Made by a program: the position numbers and the translations under genes. DNA of 62,480 nt, the filler included. It is 3 parts of 3 records of this genome, joined end to end, with 100 filler letters (N's around TTAATTAATTAA, not from the genome) between each part and the next. Parts side by side here need not be neighbours in the genome. Positions count along the whole stretch, not along the records: positions 42,026 to 62,480 come from DRR378314_132; 2 more parts are not named here. One strand, 5' to 3'. Below are positions 47,601-59,478 of the stretch, piece after piece. Numbering within the stretch: position 1 is the first letter of the stretch; each line of letters opens with the position of its first letter. Below the pieces are notes generated by a model. That model was not told the DNA's origin. It did no database searches and saw only the letters and a list, made by a program, of their open reading frames with translations.

Positions 47601-47741
47601 GCCACCAAGCTGGATCTGGCCCGCGCCTATATCGACATGGGCGACGCGGAAGGCGCCCGGGACATCCTCAACGAGGTGCTCAGCGAAGGCAGCGACGAGC
47701 AGCAGGGCGAAGCCAAGGAGCTGCTCGCCCGCGTCGGCTGA
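44625..47741 (+). CDS. fimV: Polar landmark protein FimV/HubP
   Basis: ALGVGE...SYLNEPL, REYTVLLDP, LysM region (DTMWRIA...NPDAF...N), coiled coil, TM segment, ADVYVAYG, acidic region and ATKLDLARAYIDMGD C-terminus. Confidence 0.95.
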   Translation: MLRKLGIGFIALATMAPGLAAALGVGEYELNSYLNEPLDMTVELHDLGGLSEDEILANLATQEAFDAAGVDRGYFLNDLKFEVDVSGDSGVLHIRSRQPVREPYLNFLVEFLWPTGRLMREYTVLLDPPSYADDGDSLQPAVSEPSPRPATRPEPASEPARQRPAEPATRPQSRPAPSEAPGDGAGEVAERDSGTYRVGASDTMWRIARQQRPSPDVSVQQMMLAIQERNPDAFINDNVNLVREGAVLRIPSEQQVRRVSSREALSRVATQNREWRGMRPEPAAGQPQRAPIDATGRDRSDQVAGGDDGQGQVTLVSPDSEGGVRDGDATGGRSGDADTAALQNELAIRDENLDRLNRENSELRSRLDALDEQVSTSQQLLEMRSEKIAALQAELRRLREEQDLDVDPSLLEEPEPAADSAPDMTADTGGADSGGAENTDGTDSADAAGDQPGAAGDDDDAAPALGAPGQNGGGDGPSPDQGGGDDDRTATVTPPEKPEPASADQSGSGPANADQADSGGGIVGLIRDNLLYVGAALAVLLLLLLLALRRRQNAAGDEHDEEDDNGFGDDFEAPVMAGTAAHDDADLEEDLADDEMDPMERADVYVAYGQYPQAVDFLRNEINQAPERGDLKIRLLELLHESNDERGFHQQATAFAGTSPAVDAAIKRLGGDPGEHDYGDNAYVASSADSGDDELSLDDLELDLASDLSDQPDDSDGYSHAATATAAGAGAAAGFAAGREQSEQADTEQAETEQTDQDDSLELDDFDFTLEDEEPENRPLRDETPLELDDLVLDDGNDRAGDDEDDGLAFSLEDDFENDGDVAFTDDELAALDSAETPAGNDDGDTSTERGADDLGDFDDLELDDLDVSLTDDRTGVDEPAPAPAEASPGEDTGDELADLSLEDDDTELSLDDLSLEDDAPSSPRTEPDAGADDLDDLNLELDDAGEDDAPAAEYEPEPQTAATPPADTSEVSDDMLGDDDDFDFLGETDENATKLDLARAYIDMGDAEGARDILNEVLSEGSDEQQGEAKELLARVG

Positions 47742-47771
47742 GACCGGCCGGTTGCCGTCTCTGGCGGTTCG

Positions 47772-47804
47772 GGGGGCGATGCCTTAAGGTATCGCCCCCT
47801 TTTT
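47772..47804 (+). terminator. Intrinsic terminator after fimV
   Basis: GGGGGCGATGCC-TTAA-GGTATCGCCCCC-TTTTT. Confidence 0.8.
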
Positions 47805-47837
47805 AATGCTCGCTTTACGGACCGCTAGGACGGCTTG

Positions 47838-48665
47838 ATGACGCGAATCGCAGTGGCGGTGGAATACGACGGCGCCGGTTTCCACGGCTGGCAGACCCAG
47901 GAATCCGGCGTGCGCACCGTCCAGGAAGAACTGGAAAAGGCGCTCTCGCGGGTGGCCAACCACCCGGTGGCGCTGATCTGCGCCGGCCGCACCGACGCCG
48001 GCGTGCACGCCACCGGCCAGGTCTGCCACTTTGATTCCGACGCCGACCGCAGCATGAAGAGCTGGGTGATGGGCGCCAACCGCTTTCTCCCCGACGACGT
48101 CTCGGTGCAGTGGGCGCAAGCGGTGCCGGACGATTTCCACGCCCGCTTCAAAGCCAACCGGCGCCGCTACCGCTACGTGATCTATAACCACGCCGCGCCG
48201 CCGGCGCTGTTCCGTCGCCAGGTGACCTGGAACTACCGGCCGCTGGACGTGGATGCCATGATCGAGGCAAGCCGTTATCTGGTCGGCACCCACGATTTCA
48301 CCTCCTACCGGAGCGTGCACTGCCAGGCCAAGTCACCGGTGAAAACCCTCAGCCGCTTTCATATTCACCGGCAGGGTCCGTTGATCGTGCTGGAAGTGGA
48401 GGGCAACGCCTTCTTGATGCATATGGTGCGCAACATGGCCGGCGTGCTGATGAGCATCGGCGCCGGCAAGCATCCGCCGGTGTGGGCCCGTGAAGTGCTT
48501 GAGGCCCGCGACCGCCGCAAGGGCGGCGTCACCGCGCCGCCGTTCGGGCTGTATCTGGTCGACATCGGCTACCCGGAGCCGTTCGTGCTGCCGCGTCCGC
48601 CGCTAGGCCCGCTGTGGCTGACCACGCTGAACGCGGCTGACGGCGGCGGTGCCGATGCCCCATAA
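47838..48665 (+). CDS. truA: tRNA pseudouridine(38-40) synthase
   Basis: EYDGxxFHGWQ, AGRTDAGVHA, FHARF and FLMHMVRN motifs. Confidence 0.97.
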   Translation: MTRIAVAVEYDGAGFHGWQTQESGVRTVQEELEKALSRVANHPVALICAGRTDAGVHATGQVCHFDSDADRSMKSWVMGANRFLPDDVSVQWAQAVPDDFHARFKANRRRYRYVIYNHAAPPALFRRQVTWNYRPLDVDAMIEASRYLVGTHDFTSYRSVHCQAKSPVKTLSRFHIHRQGPLIVLEVEGNAFLMHMVRNMAGVLMSIGAGKHPPVWAREVLEARDRRKGGVTAPPFGLYLVDIGYPEPFVLPRPPLGPLWLTTLNAADGGGADAP

Positions 48666-48706
48666 TTGACGCCCTCAACACCACGGTCTGTTATCATAGG
48701 TAACGA

Positions 48707-49351
48707 ATGAACATACCCCGGGTCAAAATTTGCGGCATCACGCGGCCGGACGACGGGCGCCACGCGGCGCGGGCCGGCGCCGACGCCATCGGCCTGGTGT
48801 TTTACCCGCCCAGCCCCCGCTACGTGAGCCCGCGTCAGGCCGCCGACATCGTCGCCGCCTTGCCGCCGTTCGTGACCACCGTGGGGTTGTTCGTGGACGC
48901 ACCGCCGGAGCAGATCGCCGCGTTGCTGGAACAGGTACCGCTGGACATGCTGCAGTTCCATGGCGATGAATCGCCGGAATACTGCGCCGCTTTCCAGCGT
49001 CCCTGGATCAAGGCCCTGCGGATGCGCGACGGGGTGGACCCCCGGGCCGAGGCGGACCGCTACGGCGCCGCCGGCGCCCGCGGTCTGCTGGTCGACAGCT
49101 ATGTGCCCGGCGTGCCCGGCGGCACCGGCGAACGGTTCGACTGGGACCGGCTGCCCGCCGATCCCTCCCTGCCGCTGGTGCTCGCCGGCGGCCTGGACCC
49201 GGCCAACGTGGCCGAGGCGGTGCGGCGGGTACGGCCCTGGGCCGTGGACGTGAGCGGCGGCGTGGAGGTCCTCGGCGTCGACGGCCGCCGGCAGGGCGGC
49301 ATCAAGGACCCCGGCGCGGTGAGCGCGTTCATACGCGCGGCGCGCGGCTGA
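48707..49351 (+). CDS. trpF: Phosphoribosylanthranilate isomerase
   Basis: [27 protein letters not shown] and DVSGGVE motifs. Confidence 0.96.
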   Translation: MNIPRVKICGITRPDDGRHAARAGADAIGLVFYPPSPRYVSPRQAADIVAALPPFVTTVGLFVDAPPEQIAALLEQVPLDMLQFHGDESPEYCAAFQRPWIKALRMRDGVDPRAEADRYGAAGARGLLVDSYVPGVPGGTGERFDWDRLPADPSLPLVLAGGLDPANVAEAVRRVRPWAVDVSGGVEVLGVDGRRQGGIKDPGAVSAFIRAARG

Positions 49352-49394
49352 CCCCTTTATTCAAACTGGCAGGCACCATGACGAGGAGCATTCG

Positions 49395-50621
49395 GTGACA
49401 CAGTCTTCTGAAAGCAGTGGGCCCGATTACAAGGCATTTCCCGATCAGAACGGTCATTTCGGACGCTTCGGCGGACGCTTCGTCTCCGAAACCCTGATGG
49501 CCGCCCTCGACGAGCTGGATGTCATGTACCGGCGCCTCAAGGACGATCCCCAGTTCCAGGCGGATTTCGACTACGACCTGGCCCATTACGTGGGCCGGCC
49601 CTCGCCGCTGTATCTGGCCGAGCGCTGGACCAAACAGCTCGGCGGCGCCCGCATCTGGCTCAAGCGCGAGGATCTCAACCACACCGGCGCCCACAAGGTG
49701 AACAACACCATCGGCCAGGCGCTGCTCGCCAAGCACATGGGCAAGAAGCGGGTGATCGCGGAAACCGGCGCCGGCCAGCACGGCGTGGCCTCGGCCACCG
49801 TGGCCGCGCGCCTGGGCCTGGAGTGCCACGTGTTCATGGGCGAGGAAGACATCCGCCGCCAACGCCTCAACGTCTATCGCATGAAGCTGCTGGGCGCCAA
49901 CGTTGTGCCGGTGACCTCCGGTTCGCGCACCCTCAAGGACGCCATGAACGAGGCGATGCGCGACTGGGTCACCAACGTGGACGACACCTTCTACATCATC
50001 GGCACCGTGGCGGGACCGCACCCGTACCCGATGCTGGTGCGCGACTTCCAGTCCGTGATCGGCCGCGAGGCGCGCGAGCAGAGCCTCAAGCAGGCCGGCA
50101 AGCTGCCGGACGCCCTGGTCGCCTGCGTGGGCGGCGGCTCCAATGCCATCGGCCTGTTCCACCCGTTCCTCGACGACCGGGACGTGGCCATGTACGGCGT
50201 GGAAGCCGGCGGTGACGGCATCGACACCGGCCGCCACGCGGCGCCGCTGAGCGCCGGCCGTCCCGGTGTGCTGCACGGCAACCGCACCTACCTGATGGAA
50301 GACGACAACGGTCAGATCATCGAGACCCATTCCGTGTCCGCCGGCCTCGACTACCCCGGGGTGGGCCCCGAGCACTCCTGGCTCAAGGACATCGGCCGGG
50401 TCCATTACGTGTCCGCCGACGATAACGAGGCCCTGGCCGCGTTCCGCGAGCTGACCCGCATCGAGGGCATCATGCCGGCGCTGGAATCCGCCCATGCGCT
50501 CGCCTATGCCCGTAAGCTGGCGCCGCAAATGGACGCCGACCAGGACATCGTCATCAACCTGTCGGGCCGCGGGGATAAAGACATCCTCACCGTGGCGGAA
50601 ATCGACGGCATTCATTTTTAA
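49395..50621 (+). CDS. trpB: Tryptophan synthase beta chain
   Basis: [32 protein letters not shown] and [11 protein letters not shown] motifs. Confidence 0.98.
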   Translation: MTQSSESSGPDYKAFPDQNGHFGRFGGRFVSETLMAALDELDVMYRRLKDDPQFQADFDYDLAHYVGRPSPLYLAERWTKQLGGARIWLKREDLNHTGAHKVNNTIGQALLAKHMGKKRVIAETGAGQHGVASATVAARLGLECHVFMGEEDIRRQRLNVYRMKLLGANVVPVTSGSRTLKDAMNEAMRDWVTNVDDTFYIIGTVAGPHPYPMLVRDFQSVIGREAREQSLKQAGKLPDALVACVGGGSNAIGLFHPFLDDRDVAMYGVEAGGDGIDTGRHAAPLSAGRPGVLHGNRTYLMEDDNGQIIETHSVSAGLDYPGVGPEHSWLKDIGRVHYVSADDNEALAAFRELTRIEGIMPALESAHALAYARKLAPQMDADQDIVINLSGRGDKDILTVAEIDGIHF

Positions 50622-50635
50622 GATCGGGGAAGGAT

Positions 50636-51442
50636 ATGAGTCGTATTGAAGCCTGCTTCGCCACTCTCAAGGAGCAGCAGCGTAAGGCCCTGATTCCTTA
50701 CATCACCGCCGGCGACCCGACCAAGGCGGTCACCGTGCCGGTGATGCACGCCATGGTGGAGGCGGGCGCCGACGTGATCGAACTGGGCGTGCCGTTCTCC
50801 GACCCGATGGCCGACGGCCCGGTGATCCAGAAAGCCTGTGAACGGGCCCTGGCCGCCGGCACCGGCCTGCGTGACGTGCTGGCCATGGTCACCGAGTTCC
50901 GCCGCGACAACGACACCACGCCGGTGGTGCTGATGGGCTACCTGAACCCGGTGGAGATCATGGGTTATGAGCGCTTCGCCGACGCCTGCGTGGACGCCGG
51001 TGTCGACGGCGTGCTGCTGGTGGATCTGCCGCCGGAGGAGTGCGACGAGGTGGCGCCGCTGTTCAAGACGCGCGGCGTCGATCTGATCTTCCTGATCGCG
51101 CCGACCACCACCGACGCGCGGATCAGCCGCATCGCCGGCGCCGCCAGCGGCTACCTGTATTACGTGTCGCTGAAAGGCGTGACCGGCTCCGCCAGCCTCA
51201 ACGTGGAGGAAGTGGCGCGCCGCGTTGAAACAATTCGCAACCTTGCCCAATTGCCCATTGGCGTGGGCTTTGGTATCAAAGACGCGCAATCGGCACGGGC
51301 GGTGAGCCAGGTATCCGACGGCGTGGTGGTCGGCAGTGCGCTGGTCAACCAGTCCGCCGAAAACGTGGATACCCCGGATCGCATCGCCCCCGCGGTGGCG
51401 GCGATTCTCGCCGACATGCGTGCCGCCATGGATAAACAGTAA
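50636..51442 (+). CDS. trpA: Tryptophan synthase alpha chain
   Basis: [22 protein letters not shown] and VGFGI motifs. Confidence 0.98.
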   Translation: MSRIEACFATLKEQQRKALIPYITAGDPTKAVTVPVMHAMVEAGADVIELGVPFSDPMADGPVIQKACERALAAGTGLRDVLAMVTEFRRDNDTTPVVLMGYLNPVEIMGYERFADACVDAGVDGVLLVDLPPEECDEVAPLFKTRGVDLIFLIAPTTTDARISRIAGAASGYLYYVSLKGVTGSASLNVEEVARRVETIRNLAQLPIGVGFGIKDAQSARAVSQVSDGVVVGSALVNQSAENVDTPDRIAPAVAAILADMRAAMDKQ

Positions 51443-51474
51443 ACGCTGAGCGCTGAGCGTACGAGGTCCGACTG

Positions 51475-52356
51475 ATGAGCAATAACTGGCTGGAAAAGAT
51501 CCTCCCCGCGGTGCGTCGCCCGCAGGAAACCCGGCGCAGCACCATTCCCGAGGGTCTGTGGCGCAAGTGCCCGCGCTGCGACAGTGTGCTCTACCGTCCG
51601 GAGCTGGAACGCAATCTGGAAGTGTGCCCGAAATGCGAGCACCACCTGCGCGTCGGTGCCCGCAAGCGGCTGAAGATGTTCCTGGACGACGGCCCGATGA
51701 GCGAAATCGGCGCCGATCTGGCGCCGGTGGACCGGCTCAAGTTCAAGGACTCCAAGAAGTACAAGGACCGCCTGGTGGCGGCCCAGAAGGAGACCCAGGA
51801 ACGGGACGCGCTGATCGCCATGAAAGGCAAGCTCCACGATTTGCCGGTGGTGGCGGTGGCGTTCGAATTCCGCTTCATGGGCGGCTCCATGGGCTCGGTG
51901 GTCGGCGAGCGTTTCGTGCGCGCGGTGGAAAGTTGCCTGGAACACAAAACGCCGCTGATCTGTTTCGCCGCCAGCGGCGGGGCGCGCATGCAGGAAGCGC
52001 TGTTCTCCCTGATGCAGATGGCCAAGACCTCCGCCGCGCTGGAACGTCTGCGCGAAGCGGGTCTGCCGTTTATCTCCGTGCTCACCGATCCGGTCTACGG
52101 CGGCGTGTCCGCGTCGCTGGCCATGCTCGGCGACGTCAACGTGGCCGAGCCCAACGCGCTGATCGGCTTCGCCGGCCCGCGGGTGATCGAGCAGACCGTG
52201 CGGCAGAAACTGCCGGAAGGCTTCCAGCGCAGTGAATTCCTGCTCGAGCACGGCGCCATCGACATGATCGTCGAGCGTCAGCACATGCGTGACACCCTGC
52301 ACCGCATTCTCGCCAATCTGACCGGGGCGCCGCTGGCCGAACCCGCCGAACTATGA
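51475..52356 (+). CDS. accD: Acetyl-CoA carboxylase carboxyltransferase beta subunit
   Basis: C4 zinc finger, [15 protein letters not shown] and [12 protein letters not shown] motifs. Confidence 0.98.
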   Translation: MSNNWLEKILPAVRRPQETRRSTIPEGLWRKCPRCDSVLYRPELERNLEVCPKCEHHLRVGARKRLKMFLDDGPMSEIGADLAPVDRLKFKDSKKYKDRLVAAQKETQERDALIAMKGKLHDLPVVAVAFEFRFMGGSMGSVVGERFVRAVESCLEHKTPLICFAASGGARMQEALFSLMQMAKTSAALERLREAGLPFISVLTDPVYGGVSASLAMLGDVNVAEPNALIGFAGPRVIEQTVRQKLPEGFQRSEFLLEHGAIDMIVERQHMRDTLHRILANLTGAPLAEPAEL

Positions 52357-53588
52357 GCGTCGGCCTGGACGCCTGGCTGGCGCGCATTGAAAAACTCCAC
52401 CCCAGTGAGATCGAGCTGGGCCTGGAGCGGGTGCGCCGGGTGGCCGAGGCGCTCGGCGCGGCCAGCCTGCCGATGCCGGTGATCACCGTCGCCGGCACCA
52501 ACGGCAAGGGCTCGGTGGTGGCGCTCACCCGCGCCCTGGCGGCCGCCGCCGGCCGCCGCGTGTGCGTCTATACCTCCCCCCATCTGCAACGCTTCAACGA
52601 ACGCATCACGCTGCCCGACGGCCCGGTGGACGACGACGCCCTGTGCGCCGCCTTCGAGCAGGTGGACGCCGCCCGCGGCGACACCGCGCTGACCTATTTC
52701 GAATTCACCACCCTGGCGGCGCTGTGGCTGTTCCGCCACAGCGGCGCCGACCTGGCGATTCTGGAAGTGGGGCTGGGCGGCCGCCTGGACGCGGTCAATC
52801 TGGTCGACGCGGACGTGGCGGTGGTCACCTCCGTGGGCCTGGACCACACCGACTGGCTGGGTGACACCCGCGAAAAAGTGGCGGTGGAGAAACTCGGCAT
52901 CGGCCGGGCAGGGCGGCCCCTGGTGTACGGGGAGGAAAACGCCCCCGCCAACCTGGACGCCGAACTGGATCGCCTCAAGGCGGTGCCGCTGCGCGCCGGC
53001 CGCGAGTTCCAGGTGGAGGCCGCCCGCTTGTCGATCCGCGACGGCCAACGGCAACGCCATTATCCATTGCCGCTGCCCCCGCGCCTGGGCGCGGACAACC
53101 TGGCCACCGCCTGCCAGGCGCTGGTGGCCGCCGGTTTCCCACCGGCGGACGACGCCCCCCACCAGGTGGCGGATACCGGTCTCGTCGGCCGCTGCCAGGT
53201 GCGCCGTTACCGTGGCGTGCAGTGCGTGCTCGACGTGGGGCATAATCTGGAAGCATTGACCCGGCTGCGCGGGCGGCTGCCCGCCCACGCCGGCCGCCGG
53301 CGCCTGGTGTTGGGCATGATGACCGACAAACCGGTGGAAGCGGTGGTGGCGCTGTTCGCCGCCGACGTGGATGAGTGGTATCTGGCGCGCCCGGCGGTGA
53401 GCCGCGCGGCGGACACCGGGCGGCTGGCCCGGGCGCTGCCCGAGGGCGCCGTGGCGCACCGTTTTGACAGCGTGGCGGCGGCGCTGGACCAGGCCGTCGC
53501 GGACAGCGGCGCCGGCGATCAGGTGCTGGTTCTGGGCTCTTTCTTTACCGTCGCCGAGGCGTTGAACGCCATGGATCAGGGAGACTAG
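52353..53588 (+). CDS. folC: Dihydrofolate/folylpolyglutamate synthase
   Basis: [32 protein letters not shown] and GSFFTV motifs. Confidence 0.96.
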   Translation: MSVGLDAWLARIEKLHPSEIELGLERVRRVAEALGAASLPMPVITVAGTNGKGSVVALTRALAAAAGRRVCVYTSPHLQRFNERITLPDGPVDDDALCAAFEQVDAARGDTALTYFEFTTLAALWLFRHSGADLAILEVGLGGRLDAVNLVDADVAVVTSVGLDHTDWLGDTREKVAVEKLGIGRAGRPLVYGEENAPANLDAELDRLKAVPLRAGREFQVEAARLSIRDGQRQRHYPLPLPPRLGADNLATACQALVAAGFPPADDAPHQVADTGLVGRCQVRRYRGVQCVLDVGHNLEALTRLRGRLPAHAGRRRLVLGMMTDKPVEAVVALFAADVDEWYLARPAVSRAADTGRLARALPEGAVAHRFDSVAAALDQAVADSGAGDQVLVLGSFFTVAEALNAMDQGD

Positions 53589-53590
53589 CG

Positions 53591-54175
53591 GTGCATTTGC
53601 GAACTCGCCAACGTGTGATCGGCCTGCTGCTGTTGCTGCTGCTGGCCGCGATTCTGGCGCCGCTGGTACTGCGCACGCCGGAACAGGTACGCCTGGCCCT
53701 GGATATGTCGATCCCGGAAGCGCCGCGCATCAGCGAGCCGGACATCGCCCCGGTGGTCAGCGAGGAAGAGCAGGCCGCCACCGACCGTCAGATCGACGAA
53801 GAGCAGCAACAGGTGGCCGCCGCCGAACCGGAGCCGCGGGTGGCCCCTCCGGTGGTGGAGGAAGAGCCTTCAGCCAATGGAGAGCCTTCAGCCGATGAAG
53901 CACCGCAACCCGCCGCCCAGGACGCCCCGCAACCCGGCTTCACCGTGCAGGTGGCCAGTTTCAGCGACGTGGCCAACGCCCAGGCGCTGGTGGCGCGCCT
54001 GCGCGAGGCCGGCTACAGCGCCTATCACCGTGAAGTGCGCCAGGATGGCAACACCTGGCAACGGGTGTTCGTGGGCCCGGAGATCAAGCGCGAACGGGCC
54101 GAAGCCCTGCGCCAGCGGCTGGCCGACGACAAGGCCTTCGCCCTGGAAGGGCTGGTGCGCTCCTTTGTGCCGTAG
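53591..54175 (+). CDS. dedD: SPOR-domain cell-division protein DedD-like
   Basis: QRVIG plus TM segment, acidic/Pro linker and SPOR domain (VQVASF...RVFVGP); between folC and cvpA. Confidence 0.85.
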   Translation: MHLRTRQRVIGLLLLLLLAAILAPLVLRTPEQVRLALDMSIPEAPRISEPDIAPVVSEEEQAATDRQIDEEQQQVAAAEPEPRVAPPVVEEEPSANGEPSADEAPQPAAQDAPQPGFTVQVASFSDVANAQALVARLREAGYSAYHREVRQDGNTWQRVFVGPEIKRERAEALRQRLADDKAFALEGLVRSFVP

Positions 54176-54256
54176 CGATTCCGGGCCGATAAAGCCCTGT
54201 GCCCGCCCCGGGCGCTCTGATAGAATCGCGGGCCTGTTTTAACCACGCGCGTGTTC

Positions 54257-54751
54257 ATGAATCTGGCAGACGGCATCATTCTGTTTATCATCGCCGCCTC
54301 GGCACTGATCAGTGTGCGTCGTGGCTTCACGCGTGAAGCGTTTTCCCTGCTCACCTGGGTGGCGGCCTTCATCGTCGCCCGCCTGTTCAGCCCGGCCCTG
54401 GAGGTTCTCCTGGCCGATTCCATCGAGACGCCCAGCCTGCGCCTGGCCGTCGCCTTCGGTCTGTTGTTCACTGTCACCCTGATAGTGGGCGCGTTGATCA
54501 ATCACCTGCTCGGTGAATTGATCCGCGTGACCGGCCTGAGTGGCACCGACCGTTTGCTGGGCATGGTGTTCGGCGCCTTGCGCGGCGCCCTGGTGGTGGT
54601 TGTATTGGTGGCCCTGGGCCACCATCTGTTCAGCGAGGATGCCTGGTGGCGCGAGTCGCTTCTGGTCCCGCATTTCGCCATGCTGGAGGACTGGACCCGC
54701 CGTCTCGCCGGGGATCTGATCGCTTATCTTATGAACGTCAGCGGAAGCTAA
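54257..54751 (+). CDS. cvpA: CvpA family membrane protein
   Basis: RGFTREAFSL and LSGTDRLLGMVFGALRG motifs; upstream of purF. Confidence 0.93.
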   Translation: MNLADGIILFIIAASALISVRRGFTREAFSLLTWVAAFIVARLFSPALEVLLADSIETPSLRLAVAFGLLFTVTLIVGALINHLLGELIRVTGLSGTDRLLGMVFGALRGALVVVVLVALGHHLFSEDAWWRESLLVPHFAMLEDWTRRLAGDLIAYLMNVSGS

Positions 54752-54776
54752 GCTTAGCTAGCTCGAGGATACGCAA

Positions 54777-56306
<1,530 letters not shown>

Positions 56307-56339
56307 ACCAGGGGCGGCACCGCCGCCCTCACCGAGGTA

Positions 56340-57557
56340 ATGATGAGCGACACACCGGATCCCCGCGACCTGCATACCGACACCCTGGCGATTCGCTGGG
56401 CGCAGTTGCGCACCGATGAAATGTCGCACTCGGATCCGATCTTCCTCACTTCCAGCTTCGTTTACGACAGCGCCGCCCAGGCCGCCGCCCGGTTTTCCGG
56501 CGAGGAGCCGGGTAACGTCTATTCGCGTTTCACCAACCCCACGGTGCGTTCCTTCGAGCAACGCCTGGCGGCCATGGAAGGCGGCGAAAGCTGCGTGGCG
56601 CTGGCCTCAGGCATGGCGGCGATCAGCAGCACCTTCTTCACCTTGCTGGCGCCCGGCGATCACGTGATCAGTTCACGCAGCGTGTTCGGCACCACCAATG
56701 TGATCTACGACCGCTATCTGAAGAAGTTCAACATCGACACCACCCTGGTCGATCTGAACGATCTGGATCAGTGGCGCGCGGCGATTCGCCCGGAAACCAA
56801 GCTGCTGTATCTGGAAACGCCGTCTAACCCGCTCTCGGAAGTGGGCGACATCGAAGCGCTGGCCAAACTGGCCCATGACAACGGCGCGCTGCTGATCGTT
56901 GATAACTGCTTCTGTACCCCGGCGCTGCAGAAACCGCTGGAACTGGGTGCGGACCTGGTGATTCACAGCGCCACCAAATATCTGGACGGGCAGGGCCGCT
57001 GCCTGGGCGGCGCCGTGGTCGGTCCCGAAGAGATCCTCAAGGAGATCCACGGGTTCGTCCGTTCCGCCGGCCCCTGCATGAGCCCGTTCAACGCCTGGGT
57101 GTTTCTCAAGGGTCTGGAAACCCTGGGCCTGCGCATGAAGGCGCATTCGGAAAACGCCCTGCAACTGGCGCAGTGGCTGGAGCAGCAGCCGGGCATCGCC
57201 CGGGTGCACTATGCCGGCCTCGACAGCCACCCGCAGAAAGCCCTGGCCGAGCGCCAGCAGAAAGCGTTCGGCGCGGTGATCGCCATTGAAGTGGAAGACA
57301 GCGACGGCCGGCGCGACCGCCAGGCCGCCTGGCGCTTTATCGACGCCACCCGGCTGCTCTCCATCACCGCCAACCTGGGCGACGTGAAGTCCACCGTTAC
57401 CCATCCGGCCACCACCACCCACGGGCGCGTGGCGGAGGAAGAAAAACAACGTTCCGGCATCAGCGAAAATCTGATCCGCATCGCGGTGGGGCTGGAAGAC
57501 GTCGGCGATCTCAAGAACGACCTGGGGCTCGGCATCAAAGCGCTCGGCTTCGAATAA
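56340..57557 (+). CDS. metZ: O-succinylhomoserine sulfhydrylase
   Basis: YSRFTNPTV, ASGMAA, HSATKYLDGQGR, ANLGD and HPATTTH motifs; follows purF. Alternative start at 56343. Confidence 0.93.
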   Translation: MMSDTPDPRDLHTDTLAIRWAQLRTDEMSHSDPIFLTSSFVYDSAAQAAARFSGEEPGNVYSRFTNPTVRSFEQRLAAMEGGESCVALASGMAAISSTFFTLLAPGDHVISSRSVFGTTNVIYDRYLKKFNIDTTLVDLNDLDQWRAAIRPETKLLYLETPSNPLSEVGDIEALAKLAHDNGALLIVDNCFCTPALQKPLELGADLVIHSATKYLDGQGRCLGGAVVGPEEILKEIHGFVRSAGPCMSPFNAWVFLKGLETLGLRMKAHSENALQLAQWLEQQPGIARVHYAGLDSHPQKALAERQQKAFGAVIAIEVEDSDGRRDRQAAWRFIDATRLLSITANLGDVKSTVTHPATTTHGRVAEEEKQRSGISENLIRIAVGLEDVGDLKNDLGLGIKALGFE

Positions 57558-57590
57558 AAGCTTGAAGCGTGTCGCCAAAAAAGGGGTGTT

Positions 57591-58502
57591 ATGCAGGCTT
57601 TGGATAAAGCGCTGGCCCAGGTGGGCAGCGTGCTACTGGGGAAACCGGAACAGCTGAAACTGGCCCTGGCCTGCATGCTCGCCGGCGGCCATCTGTTGAT
57701 CGAGGACCTGCCCGGCATGGGCAAGACCACCCTGGCCCATGCGCTGGCGCGGGTGTTCCGCCTCGATTACCGCCGCGTTCAGTTCACCAGCGACATGTTG
57801 CCCGCCGATATTCTCGGCGTTTCGGTGTTCGATCCGGATAGCCAGCAGTTCAGTCTGCGCGAGGGGCCGGTGTTCAGCCAGCTTCTGCTCGCCGACGAAA
57901 TCAACCGCGCCACCCCCAAGACCCAGGGCGCGCTGCTGGAAGCCATGGAAGAGCGACAGGTCACCCTGGACGGCGTCAGCCGGCCGCTGCCGTCGCCGTT
58001 CTTCGTGGTCGCCACCCAGAACCCGGTGACCCAGGCCGGCACCTTCGTGTTGCCGGAATCCCAGCTCGACCGTTTCCTGATGCGCATTTCCCTGGGCTAC
58101 CCGTCCCCGGACGTGGAACTGTCCCTGCTCGCCGGCGGCGACCTGCGCGAAGCGGTGCGCGAATTGAAACCCATCATCGAGCCCAGCGGCCTGGTGAAAC
58201 TGATCGCCCATGTGGGCAAGGTGCGCGCCACCCGCGATCTGCTCGACTATGTGCAGCGGCTGCTGGAAGCCACCCGCGCCGACGATCGTCTGGTCACCGG
58301 CCTGTCGCCGCGCGCCGGCCTCGGCCTGCTGCGCGCCGCCCGCGCCTGGGCGCTGATCCACGACCGCGATTACGTGCTGCCCGAGGACGTGCAGGCGGTG
58401 TGGCCCTCGGTGGCCGAGCACCGGCTGCAGCCCCGCGAAGGGGGCCAGGTGTCGGCGATGACCCAGGCGCTGCTGCAAACCGTGCCGGTGGTGCGCCACT
58501 AG
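57591..58502 (+). CDS. MoxR-family AAA+ ATPase
   Basis: HLLIEDLPGMGKT, RVQFTSD, LADEINRATPKTQ, ATQNP and LPESQLDRF motifs. Confidence 0.93.
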   Translation: MQALDKALAQVGSVLLGKPEQLKLALACMLAGGHLLIEDLPGMGKTTLAHALARVFRLDYRRVQFTSDMLPADILGVSVFDPDSQQFSLREGPVFSQLLLADEINRATPKTQGALLEAMEERQVTLDGVSRPLPSPFFVVATQNPVTQAGTFVLPESQLDRFLMRISLGYPSPDVELSLLAGGDLREAVRELKPIIEPSGLVKLIAHVGKVRATRDLLDYVQRLLEATRADDRLVTGLSPRAGLGLLRAARAWALIHDRDYVLPEDVQAVWPSVAEHRLQPREGGQVSAMTQALLQTVPVVRH

Positions 58503-58527
58503 TCGGTCGAACCTGAGGAGGGACGCC

Positions 58528-59478
58528 GTGCTCAAGCAAGCCTGGCAGCGTTGGCTCGACCGCCGGCTTCCCCGGGCCCGCCAGGTGCAGCTCGACCAGC
58601 GGCGCATTTTTATTTTCCCCACCGGCTACGGCTTTCTCTATCTGCTGGTGTCCGTGCTGCTGTTCTTCGGCGGCATCAACTACGAGAACAACCTGATTCT
58701 CGGCCTCTGTTTTCTGATGGTCAGCCTGTTTCTGGTCGCCATTCTGCACACCTTCCGCAATTTGTCCGGGCTGTCGCTGCGCGCCGGCGCCAGCCGCTCC
58801 GGTTTCGTCGGCGGGCAGGGCAGCGTGGAAGTGGTGCTGGTCGCCCAGCGGCGCCCGCACCGGGCGCTGTGGCTGCGCTGGCTGGACCAGCCGGCCCAGG
58901 AGATCAGCGTCGAGCCCGGCGAGGAAAGTGCCCTGTGGCTGAACCTGCCGCTCAGCCGGCGCGGCCGCGTCCGACCGCCGCGTCTGCGCGTGGAGAGCCG
59001 CTACCCGCTGGGCCTGCTGCGCAGCTGGTCGCTGGTATCCCTGGATCAGGTTTGCCTGGCCTGGCCGCGCCCTCAGGAAAGCCACGACTGTCCCGCCGAC
59101 GGCGGCGACCGGGAGCGCCAGGTGGCCAGCGCCGGGCAAAGCGGCAGCGAGGAGTTCCAGGGCCTGCGCGGCTATGTGCCCGGCGACTCCCTGGGCCAGG
59201 TGGACTGGAAAGGCTATGCCCGCGGCCGGGGGCTCAACGTCAAACTGTTCGAGGAGCCCGCCAGCGGCCGCCTGTGGTTGCGCTATGACCGCCTGGAAGG
59301 CGTGCCGGTGGAGCGGCGTCTGTCGATCCTGTGCTTCTGGGTGCAGCGGCTGAGCCGCGAGAACCGGCCCTTCGCCCTGGCGCTGCCCGGCGCCGAGCTG
59401 CCGCCGGGGCAGGGCGAGGAACAGCGTCTGCGGGCCCTCAACCTGCTGGCCCGCCACGGCGACACGGAGGCGGACTGA
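58528..59478 (+). CDS. DUF58 domain membrane protein
   Basis: RRIFIFPT, INYENN, YPLGLLRSW and EFQGLRGYVPGD...VDWK motifs; follows moxR. Confidence 0.88.
   Translation: MLKQAWQRWLDRRLPRARQVQLDQRRIFIFPTGYGFLYLLVSVLLFFGGINYENNLILGLCFLMVSLFLVAILHTFRNLSGLSLRAGASRSGFVGGQGSVEVVLVAQRRPHRALWLRWLDQPAQEISVEPGEESALWLNLPLSRRGRVRPPRLRVESRYPLGLLRSWSLVSLDQVCLAWPRPQESHDCPADGGDRERQVASAGQSGSEEFQGLRGYVPGDSLGQVDWKGYARGRGLNVKLFEEPASGRLWLRYDRLEGVPVERRLSILCFWVQRLSRENRPFALALPGAELPPGQGEEQRLRALNLLARHGDTEAD

Noticed and set aside
53863-53898. 18-bp tandem duplication in dedD (EPSANG/EPSADE) and 9-bp repeats at the tgpA 3' end
   Set aside because: In-frame slippage in low-complexity linkers or tails; common and uninformative.
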